Shown piece by piece: positions 38,698-48,141 of a DNA stretch of 64,000 nt. Every line of letters begins with the position of its first letter. The first letter of the stretch is position 1. A program made the position numbers and the translations under genes. The notes under the pieces are model-generated. The model was not told the origin of the DNA. It saw only the letters and a program-made list of their open reading frames with translations, and did no database searches. The stretch comes from Candidatus Dormiibacterota bacterium (GTDB taxonomy: Bacteria; Chloroflexota; Dormibacteria; Aeolococcales; Aeolococcaceae). The stretch spans positions 540 through 64,539 of the forward strand of contig DASYKI010000003.1 of assembly GCA_035995545.1 (NCBI GenBank), in the 5' to 3' direction.

Positions 38698-40742
38698 TGT
38701 ACTCCCGCATCTACGTGCCGCTGGACAACTCGGATCACTCCAACGCCTGCGTCGAGGTCGCCGTCGCCCTCGCCCAGGCCTTCGGGGCGAGCTGCACCGG
38801 CAGCCACGTGTACGCCGCGCGCATGCACGACTACCGCTTCAAGCAGATGGAGTACACCCTCCCCGAGGAGTACCAGGACGAGGCCGAGCTGCTCCGCCAG
38901 CGCCGCATCCACGACTCGCTGATCACCACCGGCCTGCAGCTGATCAGCGACTCCTACACCGACGTGATGCGCTACCGCTGCCTGGAGAAGGGCGTCCCCT
39001 TCGAGGCGCGGGCCATCGACGGCAAGAACTGGGAGGAGCTGGTCCGCGACGTCCGCGGCGGGGACTGGGACCTGGTGGTGATGGGGGCGCTGGGCATGGG
39101 CGCGGTCAAGGAGTCGCGCCTGGGGAGCGTCACCGACCGCGTCGTGCGGCGGCTGCGCACCGACACGCTGGTGGTGCGCCGCACCGGCGACGACGCGATG
39201 TCGGGCGACATCGTCGTCGCCGTCGACGGCTCGCCGCAGTCGTTCGGGGGCCTGCTGACCGCGCTGTCGCTGGGCAAGGCGCTGGGCAAGCGGGTACAGG
39301 CGGTGGCCGTCTACGACCCCTACCTGCACTACGCGGTCTTCAACTCCATCGTCGACGTGCTCAGTGAGAAGGCGAGCAAGGTCTTCCGCTTCAAGGAGCA
39401 GGAGGCGCTGCACGAGGAGATCATCGACACCGGGCTGGCCAAGATCTACGAGTCGCACCTCGAGGTGGCGCGCGCGGTCGCCGCGGAGCAGGGCGTCGAC
39501 ATGCCCATCACGCTCCTCGACGGCAAGGCCTTCGAGCAGGTGTCACGGTTCGTACGCGATGTGAGGCCGTGGCTGCTGGTGTGCGGGCGCATCGGGGTGC
39601 ATTCCGACGATGCCATGGACCTGGGCAGCAACACCGACCAGCTGGTGCGGCTGGTCGACTGCGATGTGCTGGTCAGCTCGCGCACGCACGTGCCGCCCAT
39701 CGACGTGCGGGCGGACGCCGCGGTGGTGTGGACGCCGGAGGCGGAGACACGCATGGCGCGGGTCCCGGTGGCTGCGCGCGGCATCGCGCGGACGGCGGTG
39801 CTGCGCTGGTGCACCGAGCGGGGGCATAGCGTGGTGTCGTCGGGCGACGTCGAGTCGGCGCTGGACGAGCTGATGCCCTACCAGCGGGTGATGCGGCGCA
39901 TCGGCGAGGTTGCCTCGACGCTGGAGCGCGCTGAGCAGGCGATGCTGGAGGAGCCGCCTGTCGTGCAGGCGCGGGCAGTGTGTCGCGTGTGCGGGTACGC
40001 GGCCAGCAGCGAAACTCCTGTGGAGTGCCCTGTGTGCGGGGGGGCTGCGTCGTCGTTCGAGCGGATCGATGCGGCGCTGCTGCTCGCCGACGCCGCCGTC
40101 GAAGGCGATGCGGCGGAGGTGGGGTTCGACGGGCACAAGCTGGGCTGGACCATGGAGGCGCGCACGCTGCTGCACGAGCTGCCGGCGGGGTATCTGCGGC
40201 GGCGGGTGAAGGCGATCATCGAGAAGGCGGCGCGCACGCGGCGGCTGCCGGCGATCACTCGGGAGATCGTCGAGCCCTACGTGCTGCCGGAGCTGGAGGC
40301 GCTCGACGGCCGGGGGGAACCGCATCGGGCGCCGATCGTCGGCGGTGCCGGCGGCGCGGCCGCTCCTGCCGCGGGGCGGCTGCCCTGGTCGGCTGAGGCG
40401 GAGTCTCGACTGGAGCGCATTCCTGCGGGGTTCCTGCGCAACCTGGCGCGCGAGCAGGTGGAGCGGCTTGCGCTGCAGGTGCACGCGGGGGAGGTGAGTG
40501 CGCTGCACGTCGAGGCCGGCATCGCCGAGGCACGCGCGCAGATGCAGGCCGCGCTGCGCGGCCCCGGGGACGCTGTCGATGCCGGCGCGAGCGCCGGGTG
40601 TCCGGTGCACCGCAGTGATTCCGCGCCCGTGCCGCAGGCGCCGCCGTCCAACGGCGAGTGCCCGGTGCATCCCCTCAACGAAGTGACGGCCGGCGTCGTC
40701 GAGGCCCTGGGCAAGAAGTCCGCCCACGAGCAGCCCGTCTGA
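38698..40742 (+). CDS. multidomain protein: tandem universal stress protein (UspA) domains + rubredoxin-like zinc ribbon + two PCP_red-like (protochlorophyllide-reductase BchB C-terminal-like) segments + C-terminal CPVH repeats
   Basis: Usp 1 spans MYSRIYVPLDNSDHS ... GMGAVKESRLGSVTDRVVRRLRTDTLVVR. Usp 2 runs to DQLVRLVDCDVLVSS. The zinc ribbon reads CRVCGYAASSETPVECPVCGG. Repeated helical segments read LPAGYLRRRVKAIIEKAA and IPAGFLRNLAREQVERLA. The C-terminus has GCPVHRSD and ECPVHPLNE. Confidence 0.7.
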
Positions 40743-40755
40743 GCGAGCGTCGCGA

Positions 40756-42030
40756 GTGCCAGCTCCGCTAGGTCTCAACGTCTCCCTCCCGAATTGGCCG
40801 GCCATCGGCAACCAGATCCCGGTGGCCGTGATGTTCACCCTGCACATCGTCATCGCGGAGTTCAGCCTCGGCGCCATCACCCTGGCGGTGGGCATGGAGA
40901 CGATCGGCCTGCGCACCGGCAACGAGTGGCACATGCGCTACGCGCGCGCCATCGCCAACGCGTACTACCTGGTCTTCAGCCTGGGCGCCACCTTCGCGGT
41001 GTTCGCCGTCACGGCCATCATCGGGCTCTGGGGCGCGACCTGGGGAGTGCTGCTCAACCGCTTCTTCCTGCTCTTCGCCATCGCCTTCGGGCTGTTCCTG
41101 ATCCTGCTTCCGCTGCTGGTCCTGTACCGCAACAGCTTCGGCAAGATGGCGCCGCGCCGGCACGCCATGCTGGGGTGGGCGGTGTGGTTCTGGCAGACGG
41201 CGTTCATGGTGCTCATCGTCGAGCTCGACGCCTACCTCATCGACCCGGCGCACAGCGGCATCTTGGGCGGCATGGCCAACCCGCCGTACGTGCCGCTGCT
41301 GCTGCACCGCCTGGTCGGCAACGTGTCCTGGACGGCTTTGTTCCTCGCCGGTTTCGCGGTGCTGCGCATGGCGCGCAGGACCGACCTGCGCGAGCGCGCC
41401 TTCCAGTCCTGGGCGGCGCGGCTCAACCTGCGCATCGGCCTGGCCACGGCGATCGCCATGCCGCTGCTCGGCTTCGCGCTGATGGAGGTGCTGCGCACCT
41501 CGGTGCCGGGGTACTTCGACAACCTGGTGCGCGGCGACGCCTCCTACCTGTTCGTCATCCAGGCCGCGGCGCTCGGCGTGCTCTTCGTCAGCGCCAACCT
41601 GGCGCTGGCCGGCGAGGTGGTGCGCGAGCGCCGCGCCGGCCTCTTCAGCCGCGTCTGCGTCGGCGTGGCGGTGATCGGGTTCACCGTCGGCATGCTGCCC
41701 GGCGCAGTGCTCAACGGCGGCACCTTCTGGATCCGCTACGCGGGCATCGGCATCGGACTGCTGGTCACCGTTGCACACCTGCTGGCACGCAGTGCGCCGC
41801 TGCACCCCGCGCCGGTGTACCAGCCCGCGCCCGGCGCCTACGCGGTGCTGCCCTACAGCACGTCGTCGGTGGCGCGGCGCGCGCTGGTGGTCTGCGGCCT
41901 GGTGGCGGTCTCGCTGTCGCTCTACATGGGAGTGATGAAGGAGGAGGCGCGCGGCGCCTATGTGATCAACGGCGAGCTGACCCAGCAGGACGCGCACGGG
42001 CAGTGGAACCCGCAGGGGATCTACCCGTGA
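40756..42030 (+). CDS. cytochrome bd ubiquinol oxidase subunit I-like membrane protein (CydA-like, apparently no Q-loop), paralog 1
   Basis: 424 aa. Helix 1 reads LHIVIAEFSLGAITLAVGMETIGL, which matches the CydA pattern: a heme His, then about 17 residues, then ME.T. Multiple TM helices are present. It starts 14 bp after the previous gene. Confidence 0.65.
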   Translation: MPAPLGLNVSLPNWPAIGNQIPVAVMFTLHIVIAEFSLGAITLAVGMETIGLRTGNEWHMRYARAIANAYYLVFSLGATFAVFAVTAIIGLWGATWGVLLNRFFLLFAIAFGLFLILLPLLVLYRNSFGKMAPRRHAMLGWAVWFWQTAFMVLIVELDAYLIDPAHSGILGGMANPPYVPLLLHRLVGNVSWTALFLAGFAVLRMARRTDLRERAFQSWAARLNLRIGLATAIAMPLLGFALMEVLRTSVPGYFDNLVRGDASYLFVIQAAALGVLFVSANLALAGEVVRERRAGLFSRVCVGVAVIGFTVGMLPGAVLNGGTFWIRYAGIGIGLLVTVAHLLARSAPLHPAPVYQPAPGAYAVLPYSTSSVARRALVVCGLVAVSLSLYMGVMKEEARGAYVINGELTQQDAHGQWNPQGIYP

Positions 42031-42293
42031 CCGCCTTCCTCGTCCCCCTGCTGCGCGACTCCGACTTTCAGATGGCCTGGTACATCTCCGCCGTTCTCTT
42101 CGCCGGGATCGTGCTGGTCGTCTGGGCGGCGTGGCTGGTGCTGCGCCACCTGCGCGTCATCTGGCGGCGCGGCGATCACGGCCTGGCCGCGGTGCTCGCC
42201 GCCGCAACCACGGTGGCTCTGCTGATGTTCTCGTCGATGCTGGTCACCGTCGCCGTGGCGCTGTGGCCGACGGCGACCACCGGGGGCGGCTGA
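42027..42293 (+). CDS. small two-TM membrane protein, unknown function
   Basis: A GTG overlaps the upstream stop. It has two hydrophobic helices. The coding call is tentative. Confidence 0.35.
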   Translation: MTAFLVPLLRDSDFQMAWYISAVLFAGIVLVVWAAWLVLRHLRVIWRRGDHGLAAVLAAATTVALLMFSSMLVTVAVALWPTATTGGG

Positions 42294-42296
42294 GCC

Positions 42297-42797
42297 ATGT
42301 CGCTGATGTCGCGGCGCCGCTTCCTCACCCGGATGACCAACCTGGGCGCGGGGACCATCACCCTGATGCTGTCGATCCCCGCCATCGGTTTCCTGGTCAG
42401 CCCGCTGTTCCAGAAGCGCAAGGTCAGCTGGATCCGCGTCGGCGAGATCGACACCGTCCCGGTGGGGCTGCCGACTCCCTTCGTGGTGGCCATGCCGGTC
42501 GGCGAAGGTCCGGCCACGCCGCCGGTGCAGCGCGTCGTCTACGTGGTGAAGATGACCAGCGGCGAGCTGCTCGCCTTCTCCAACACCTGCACCCACATGC
42601 AGTGCAACGTGCACTGGGATCCGGCGCTCGGCCAGTACCTCTGCCCCTGCCACGGCGGGCTCTACGACATCCGCGGCAACAACATCGGCGGACCGCCGCC
42701 GTCGCCGCTGCCCGAGTGGATCCATCGCACCTACGTCGACCCCGGCACCGGCCGCACCGTGCTCGAAGTCCAGAACCAGTTCAACGAGAGCATCTGA
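42297..42797 (+). CDS. Rieske [2Fe-2S] iron-sulfur protein with a Tat signal
   Basis: The twin-arginine motif reads SRRRFLT. The Rieske boxes are CTHMQC and CPCHGG. Confidence 0.9.
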   Translation: MSLMSRRRFLTRMTNLGAGTITLMLSIPAIGFLVSPLFQKRKVSWIRVGEIDTVPVGLPTPFVVAMPVGEGPATPPVQRVVYVVKMTSGELLAFSNTCTHMQCNVHWDPALGQYLCPCHGGLYDIRGNNIGGPPPSPLPEWIHRTYVDPGTGRTVLEVQNQFNESI

Positions 42798-42798
42798 C

Positions 42799-43998
42799 GT
42801 GCTGCGCCTGGTCACCCGTCCCATGTCGCGGCGCATGCGCAACGCGTACCGGTGGTTCGACGAGCGCACGGGGAGCACCGAGCTGCTCCACAAGGGCCTG
42901 TACGAGGCGGTCCCCGAGAAGGGAGGCTGGGCCTACACGCTGGGCAGCGCGACGCTGGTGCTCATCCTGCTGCAGCTCTTCACCGGCATCTTCCTGCTGC
43001 TGGTGTACTCGCCGTCGTTCGCGGAGGGCTGGTCGACGCTGAAGTTCCTGCAGGACAGCGACCGCTTCGGCTCGTGGGTGCGTGGCATGCACCTGTGGGG
43101 CGCGTACGTGCTCATCCTGGTGATCGGCCTGCACATGCTGCGCACCTTCTTCAGCGCCTCGTACAAACGGCCGCGCGAGCTCAACTGGGTGACCGGCGCG
43201 ATCCTCTTCTTCCTGGTCATGGGGCTGGCCATCACGGGGGCCATGCTGCCCATGGACCAGGCGGCCTACTGGACGCTGGTGGTGGTGACCAACATCCCCC
43301 ACTACATCCCCTTCCTCGGCGACGGCATGCGCCAGCTCTGGCGCGGCAGCAGCGACTTCGTCGGCCAGGTGTCGCTGACGCGCACCTTCGCCATCCACAT
43401 CTGGGTGCTGCCGTTCCTCATGTTCACCTTCATCGGCGCGCACCTCTACCTGCTGCGCCGCCACGGCGAGTTCGGTTCGTGGGTGAACTACCCGACCGCG
43501 AGCACCGACCCCGAGCGCGCGGAGCACGAGCTGGGCGAGCGCATCCGCAACGCCGAGCCGCCCTATCCGGCGCGGCGCATCGAGCGGCAGTGGTCGGTGC
43601 CGCGCACCACCGTCGAGTTCTTCCCCACCCAGCTCTTCAAGGACACGGCGGTCAGCCTGCTCTTCATCACCATCATCTTCGTCTTCGGCTACCTGGTGGG
43701 TGCACCGCTCAGCGAGCAGGCCAACCCGGCGACGCTCACCTACGTGCCCACGCCGGAGTGGTTCTTCCTGCCGCTCGACCAGGTGCTGGTGCTGACTCCG
43801 CAGACGTACCTGATCTTCGCCGGCGTGGTGGTGCTGATCGGCCTGGCCGCCACCTGCATGGTCCTCCTGCCCTTCCTCGATCGCTCGCACGAGCGCTCGC
43901 CGCTGCGCCGCCCCGAGGTGCTGCTGCCCGGACTCTTCCTCACCGGGCTGCTCATCCTGCTCACCGTGCTCGGCGCCAACCGGCTGTACAACCTGTGA
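42799..43998 (+). CDS. cytochrome b (b6-like N-terminal half fused to a subunit-IV-like C-terminal half)
   Basis: 399 aa with conserved His pairs in helices B and D (HMLRTFF ... HIWVLPF). It has a PEW-like region. Confidence 0.85.
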   Translation: MLRLVTRPMSRRMRNAYRWFDERTGSTELLHKGLYEAVPEKGGWAYTLGSATLVLILLQLFTGIFLLLVYSPSFAEGWSTLKFLQDSDRFGSWVRGMHLWGAYVLILVIGLHMLRTFFSASYKRPRELNWVTGAILFFLVMGLAITGAMLPMDQAAYWTLVVVTNIPHYIPFLGDGMRQLWRGSSDFVGQVSLTRTFAIHIWVLPFLMFTFIGAHLYLLRRHGEFGSWVNYPTASTDPERAEHELGERIRNAEPPYPARRIERQWSVPRTTVEFFPTQLFKDTAVSLLFITIIFVFGYLVGAPLSEQANPATLTYVPTPEWFFLPLDQVLVLTPQTYLIFAGVVVLIGLAATCMVLLPFLDRSHERSPLRRPEVLLPGLFLTGLLILLTVLGANRLYNL

Positions 43999-44008
43999 GC
44001 ACCGCACT

Positions 44009-45481
44009 GTGAACGCCGCCAGCCTCGCCGCCACAGCGCCGCTGCAGCCGGTGCCGACGTCGCTGCTCGGCGGCCAGCTCGCCGTCGCCTTCGTCGCGTT
44101 GCTGCACACGCTGATCGCCACCTTCATCACCGGGGGATCCTTCCTCGTCGCGGTCAGCGAGGGCATCAGCATCGCGCGCGGCGACGAGCGGCACGAGCGC
44201 TTCGCCGGCGGCGTGCTCAAGGCGATGGCCTACGTCTTCGGCTTCGGCTCGGCGCTGGCCATCTTCTGGGTGGTCTTCATCCTGCTCGGCATGTGGGGCA
44301 CCTTCTTCATCGCCCTGACGCGGATCACCTTCTGGCCCTTCATCTTCGAGGCCTCGCTGTTCCTCACCGAGATCGTCCTGCTCTACACGCTGTACGCGAA
44401 CTGGCAGCGCCTGCGCGCCTACCGCAAGGTGCGCTTCGGCATGGTGATCCTGCTGGCGGTGGCCTTCTGGTGGCAGCAGTTCTTCATCGACGTCGTCGCC
44501 TCGTTCATGCTCACCCCCAACGGCGGCGACACCTCGCAGCTCAACCAGATCCTCAACCCCACCGACCTGCCGCTGACCATCCACCGCACCGCGGGCAACA
44601 TCGCCTGGGCGGGCGCGATCATCGCAGCGGTGGCGGGCGTGCGCTACCTGCTGGCGCGGCGTCGCGAGCGCCGCACCTTCGTCGACGACCCACCCGCCGA
44701 ACGCAGCGTCGGTGCCATGTCGGCGACGTGGTTCCCCGAGGCCGACCGCGCCGGTGCCGCGCACGCCGCCGCGCACAGCAACGTCGCCTTCTTCGACTGG
44801 GTGGGGACGTGGGGTGCGGTGTGGGCGATCACGCTGACGATGTTCCAGCCCTGGCTGGGCTACAGCTACGCCAAGGAGATCCAGCTCCACGCCTACCCGG
44901 CGTGGTACCGCATGATGTTCGGCGACCTCAGCAACGTCTTCCTGGTGCAGATCACCCTGCTGGGCGGCATCTTCATCCTGGGCACCGTCTTCTTCTGGAG
45001 ACGCATGCGCGCCAGTGGGTCGCGCGGGACACGAACCCAGGTGGCGATGCTGGTGCTGCTGGTGCTCGCCACCCTGCTCGCCGCGGTGCCCGCGCGTTTC
45101 GGCTGGACCTACCCCGACGTCGTCGCCGCGCACCAGGATCGTCCCTGGTGGGACGGCGGCCTGCTCAACCCCATCGGCACCATGATCCCCAACAAGGTGA
45201 TCGCGCTCATCGTGATGATGGTCTGCGCGCTGGTCTCGGTGACATCGTTCGTGCGCGCCCACAGCGCGGGCGAGGTGCGCTGGGGCGACGCCACGCGGCG
45301 CAGCCAGTGGCTGCTCGTGTCGCTGGGGATGACGGTGATGTCGATGATGATCGTGATGGGCATCATCCGTGAGCACAGCCGGCAGCCCTACCTGATCCAG
45401 GGCGAGATGACCATCCAGGGGCAGCAGATCCTCAACAGCAACGGCGCGCCGGGCACCGTGCCACCCAATCCCAACCCATGA
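44009..45481 (+). CDS. cytochrome bd subunit I-like membrane protein (CydA-like), paralog 2
   Basis: 490 aa. Helix 1 (LLHTLIATFITGGSFLVAVSEGISI) parallels paralog 1. The GTG start lies 10 bp after the cyt b stop. Confidence 0.65.
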   Translation: MNAASLAATAPLQPVPTSLLGGQLAVAFVALLHTLIATFITGGSFLVAVSEGISIARGDERHERFAGGVLKAMAYVFGFGSALAIFWVVFILLGMWGTFFIALTRITFWPFIFEASLFLTEIVLLYTLYANWQRLRAYRKVRFGMVILLAVAFWWQQFFIDVVASFMLTPNGGDTSQLNQILNPTDLPLTIHRTAGNIAWAGAIIAAVAGVRYLLARRRERRTFVDDPPAERSVGAMSATWFPEADRAGAAHAAAHSNVAFFDWVGTWGAVWAITLTMFQPWLGYSYAKEIQLHAYPAWYRMMFGDLSNVFLVQITLLGGIFILGTVFFWRRMRASGSRGTRTQVAMLVLLVLATLLAAVPARFGWTYPDVVAAHQDRPWWDGGLLNPIGTMIPNKVIALIVMMVCALVSVTSFVRAHSAGEVRWGDATRRSQWLLVSLGMTVMSMMIVMGIIREHSRQPYLIQGEMTIQGQQILNSNGAPGTVPPNPNP

Positions 45482-45918
45482 GCGCTCGCGATCTCCCCCT
45501 CGGTGCCGTGGCGGTGCGCATGCACCTCTTCAGCAGCCCGTCCTCCGAGGTGGAACGGGCGCTGAAGCCACCGTGGCCCCGGTGGATGCACCGCCTCTAC
45601 GAGCTGGAGCGACTCACCGGGGCGGCCGCGCCCGAGGAGGGGGAGGTGTCGTTGAGCGCCGCGGTCAGCGCCGTGGCCACGCGGCTGCGGCACCGGCTGG
45701 AGCTGGTGGCGTGGTGCGCGGGGGCCATGGAGGAGATCGGCTGGGAGGTGAGCATGGAGGGCGACGACGTCGTCGCCGCCAAGGTCACCCTGCCGGAGCT
45801 GGCTCGTGACGAGCTGGAATTGCACGGGATCTACGGTCCGCTGGGAGCCGTGTGCGATCTCGACGAGCACGGGATGCCGCGACTCATCGAGCGCTGGGAG
45901 ACGGCGCGTGAGCGGTGA
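45478..45918 (+). CDS. hypothetical cytoplasmic protein (146 aa)
   Basis: The ATG overlaps the previous stop. No motif was recognised. Confidence 0.45.
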   Translation: MSARDLPLGAVAVRMHLFSSPSSEVERALKPPWPRWMHRLYELERLTGAAAPEEGEVSLSAAVSAVATRLRHRLELVAWCAGAMEEIGWEVSMEGDDVVAAKVTLPELARDELELHGIYGPLGAVCDLDEHGMPRLIERWETARER

Positions 45919-46303
45919 GGGATGTGCCGCTGCTGCCGCCGCCGCGCACGTGCTCGTCGTCGAGGATGAGCCGATGATCGGGCGCATCCTGGAGCACAAG
46001 CTGGTGCGCGAGGGGCACCGCATCACCTGGGCACGCGATTGCGCGGCCGCCGCGGCTGCGCTCGACGGCGGCGACGTCGACCTTGCGCTGGTGGACGTGA
46101 CGCTCGATCGCGACGGGATCGAGTTCATGTCGACGGCGGCGACGATGTCGCGGTGCGGGTGGGTGGCCATGGTGGCGGCCCGCGACGTGGCGTCGCAGCA
46201 GCGGGCGCGCGCGGCCGGGTGCGCGGCGGTGGTGATCAAGCCGTTCAAGCCGACGGCGGTGGCGGCGCTGGTGGCGCAGCTGGTTGCGGGTGCACGGGTA
46301 TGA
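45908..46303 (+). CDS. single-domain response-regulator receiver (CheY-like)
   Basis: The receiver features are HVLVVEDEPMIG ... DLALVDVTLDRDG ... VVIKPFK. The start is uncertain; it may be the GTG overlapping the upstream gene, or the internal GTG at VLVVEDE. Confidence 0.55.
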   Translation: MSGEGCAAAAAAAHVLVVEDEPMIGRILEHKLVREGHRITWARDCAAAAAALDGGDVDLALVDVTLDRDGIEFMSTAATMSRCGWVAMVAARDVASQQRARAAGCAAVVIKPFKPTAVAALVAQLVAGARV

Positions 46304-47382
46304 CCACGCTGCTGGGTCCTTCCGGCGTTCGCGCGGTGGAATCGCCGCCTGGCTTCGACGCGGCGCAGCCCTGCGCGGTCGAGGCGGCCGGCGTGGAGCG
46401 GCGCTATCGCGGTGGCCGTGGGGTGGGACCCGTCGACGTCGCCGTGGCGGCGGGCGAGGTGATGGTGCTGATGGGGCCCAACGGGGCGGGCAAGACCACG
46501 CTGCTGCGGTTGCTGGCCACCGTCGACCGGCCGCAGCGGGGGCGGGTGCTCTGGTCGGGCGGCGGTGATGCTCGCGTGGCACGGCGCAGCCTTGGGCTGG
46601 CCCTCGACGCCACGGCGGAGGAGCCGTCGCTGAGCGGGATGCAGGCGGCGTACTTCTGGTGCCGGCAGTGGGTTGCGGATCGCGGCCAGGCGGTGAGGCT
46701 GTGCGAGGAGTCCCTGCGTTGGTTCGGGCTGTGGGACGTGCGGGACGAGCCGGTGGGGGCGTACTCGTTCGGGATGCGCCGGCGTCTCGCCTTGGTGCAG
46801 GCGCTCGCACACCGGCCGCGGCTGGCGCTGCTCGACGAGCCGACGGCGGGGCTGGACCCCGCGGGGGTGTCGGCCCTGCTGGGGGAATTGGAGACGCGCT
46901 CGCTCGCGGGTTGCGCCACGGTTGTTGCCAGCAACGACCCGAACTTCGCGGCGGTCGCGGCCCATCGTGTGGCATTTCTCGCCGGCGGGCGGCTGCTGCA
47001 GTGTGCGTCGCCCGTCGATCTGCTGAATGCTGTGGGCGCGGCGCGAGTCGCGCTGCTCGATGCACCGGGCCTCGATCTCGATGCGCTGCGCGAGCTGGCC
47101 GGGGTCGAGCGCGTCGACGCCTCGGCCGGCGGCGCTGTGGTGCGGTACCGCGACCCGGCCGTCCTGCCGCGGATCGTCGCAGCGGCGGACCACCCTGGCG
47201 GCGTGCTGCGACAGGTGCGGCTGCACGAGCCCGACCTGGCGGACGCGTTTCGCGAGCTGGCGGGGCAGGAGCTGTCGCCTGATCCTTCCAGTGTCGATGC
47301 CGGCGGCCGTCGACCCGGTGGCGCAGGGGTCGTGCGTGTCGACAACGAACGCGTCTCCCGGCGTCGGAGCCGCCGCTCGTGA
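46300..47382 (+). CDS. ABC transporter ATP-binding protein (ABC-2 type)
   Basis: Walker A reads GPNGAGKTT. The signature is YSFGMRRR, and Walker B is LALLDEPTAGLD. The ATG overlaps the REC stop. Confidence 0.8.
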   Translation: MTTLLGPSGVRAVESPPGFDAAQPCAVEAAGVERRYRGGRGVGPVDVAVAAGEVMVLMGPNGAGKTTLLRLLATVDRPQRGRVLWSGGGDARVARRSLGLALDATAEEPSLSGMQAAYFWCRQWVADRGQAVRLCEESLRWFGLWDVRDEPVGAYSFGMRRRLALVQALAHRPRLALLDEPTAGLDPAGVSALLGELETRSLAGCATVVASNDPNFAAVAAHRVAFLAGGRLLQCASPVDLLNAVGAARVALLDAPGLDLDALRELAGVERVDASAGGAVVRYRDPAVLPRIVAAADHPGGVLRQVRLHEPDLADAFRELAGQELSPDPSSVDAGGRRPGGAGVVRVDNERVSRRRSRRS

Positions 47383-48134
47383 CCGTCGCCGCCGCGCCCC
47401 CACCGCAGACCGCGGCCCTGCGCCGTGTTCTTCCTGCGGGCATGTGGACGCGCGAGTGGCTGCTCACCGTGGCCCATCCCCGCTCGCTGGCCATCAAGCT
47501 GGCCATGCCCCTTGTCCTGACCGTCCCCCTGCTGGCCGGCAGGGCGCCCACCTTCTGGGCCGGCATGCTGCTGACGGTGCTGGTCGCCATGGTCGGCGCC
47601 GTCGGCTCCGGCGTCACCCTCGCCCGCGCCCGCCAGGGCAGCCTGCTCGCCCGCCTCGCCGTCGTGCCGAGACCGCCGCACCGCGTGGTGGGCGGTTGGG
47701 TCCTCGCCGCCGCCGCGGTCGACACCGTGCAGATGCTCCCCGTCGCCCTCGCGGTCGCGCTCACCGGTGCCGCGCCCGACACCGCCCTGGCCATGCTGCT
47801 CTGCATCCCCGCGGTCCTGCTCGCGACCAACGCCCTCGGCTGCGCGCTGTCTCTGCTGGCCGGTGGGCCTGGCGAGGTGCTGCTCGACGTCGTCGTGGTG
47901 CTCGCCCCGCTGCTGTTCCTCGGCGGGCTGTTCACCGGCGTCCCCCGCGACGGCTGGCGCTTCTGGGCCGCTCGCCTCGACCCTTTCGCCTACCTGCACT
48001 CCGCCTTCGTCGGCGCCCTCGGCGGCTCACCCAGCTTCGCCACGGCGGACGTCCTCGTCGCCGCCGCCGTCACGGCGACGCTGTCGCTGCTGGCCACCGC
48101 CGCCGTCGCCAGGGCGCTGCTGGCGCGCGGGTGA
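47379..48134 (+). CDS. ABC-2-type transporter permease (6 TM)
   Basis: The GTG overlaps the ATPase stop. The whole protein is hydrophobic. Confidence 0.6.
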   Translation: MTVAAAPPPQTAALRRVLPAGMWTREWLLTVAHPRSLAIKLAMPLVLTVPLLAGRAPTFWAGMLLTVLVAMVGAVGSGVTLARARQGSLLARLAVVPRPPHRVVGGWVLAAAAVDTVQMLPVALAVALTGAAPDTALAMLLCIPAVLLATNALGCALSLLAGGPGEVLLDVVVVLAPLLFLGGLFTGVPRDGWRFWAARLDPFAYLHSAFVGALGGSPSFATADVLVAAAVTATLSLLATAAVARALLARG

Positions 48135-48141
48135 TCTTGCC

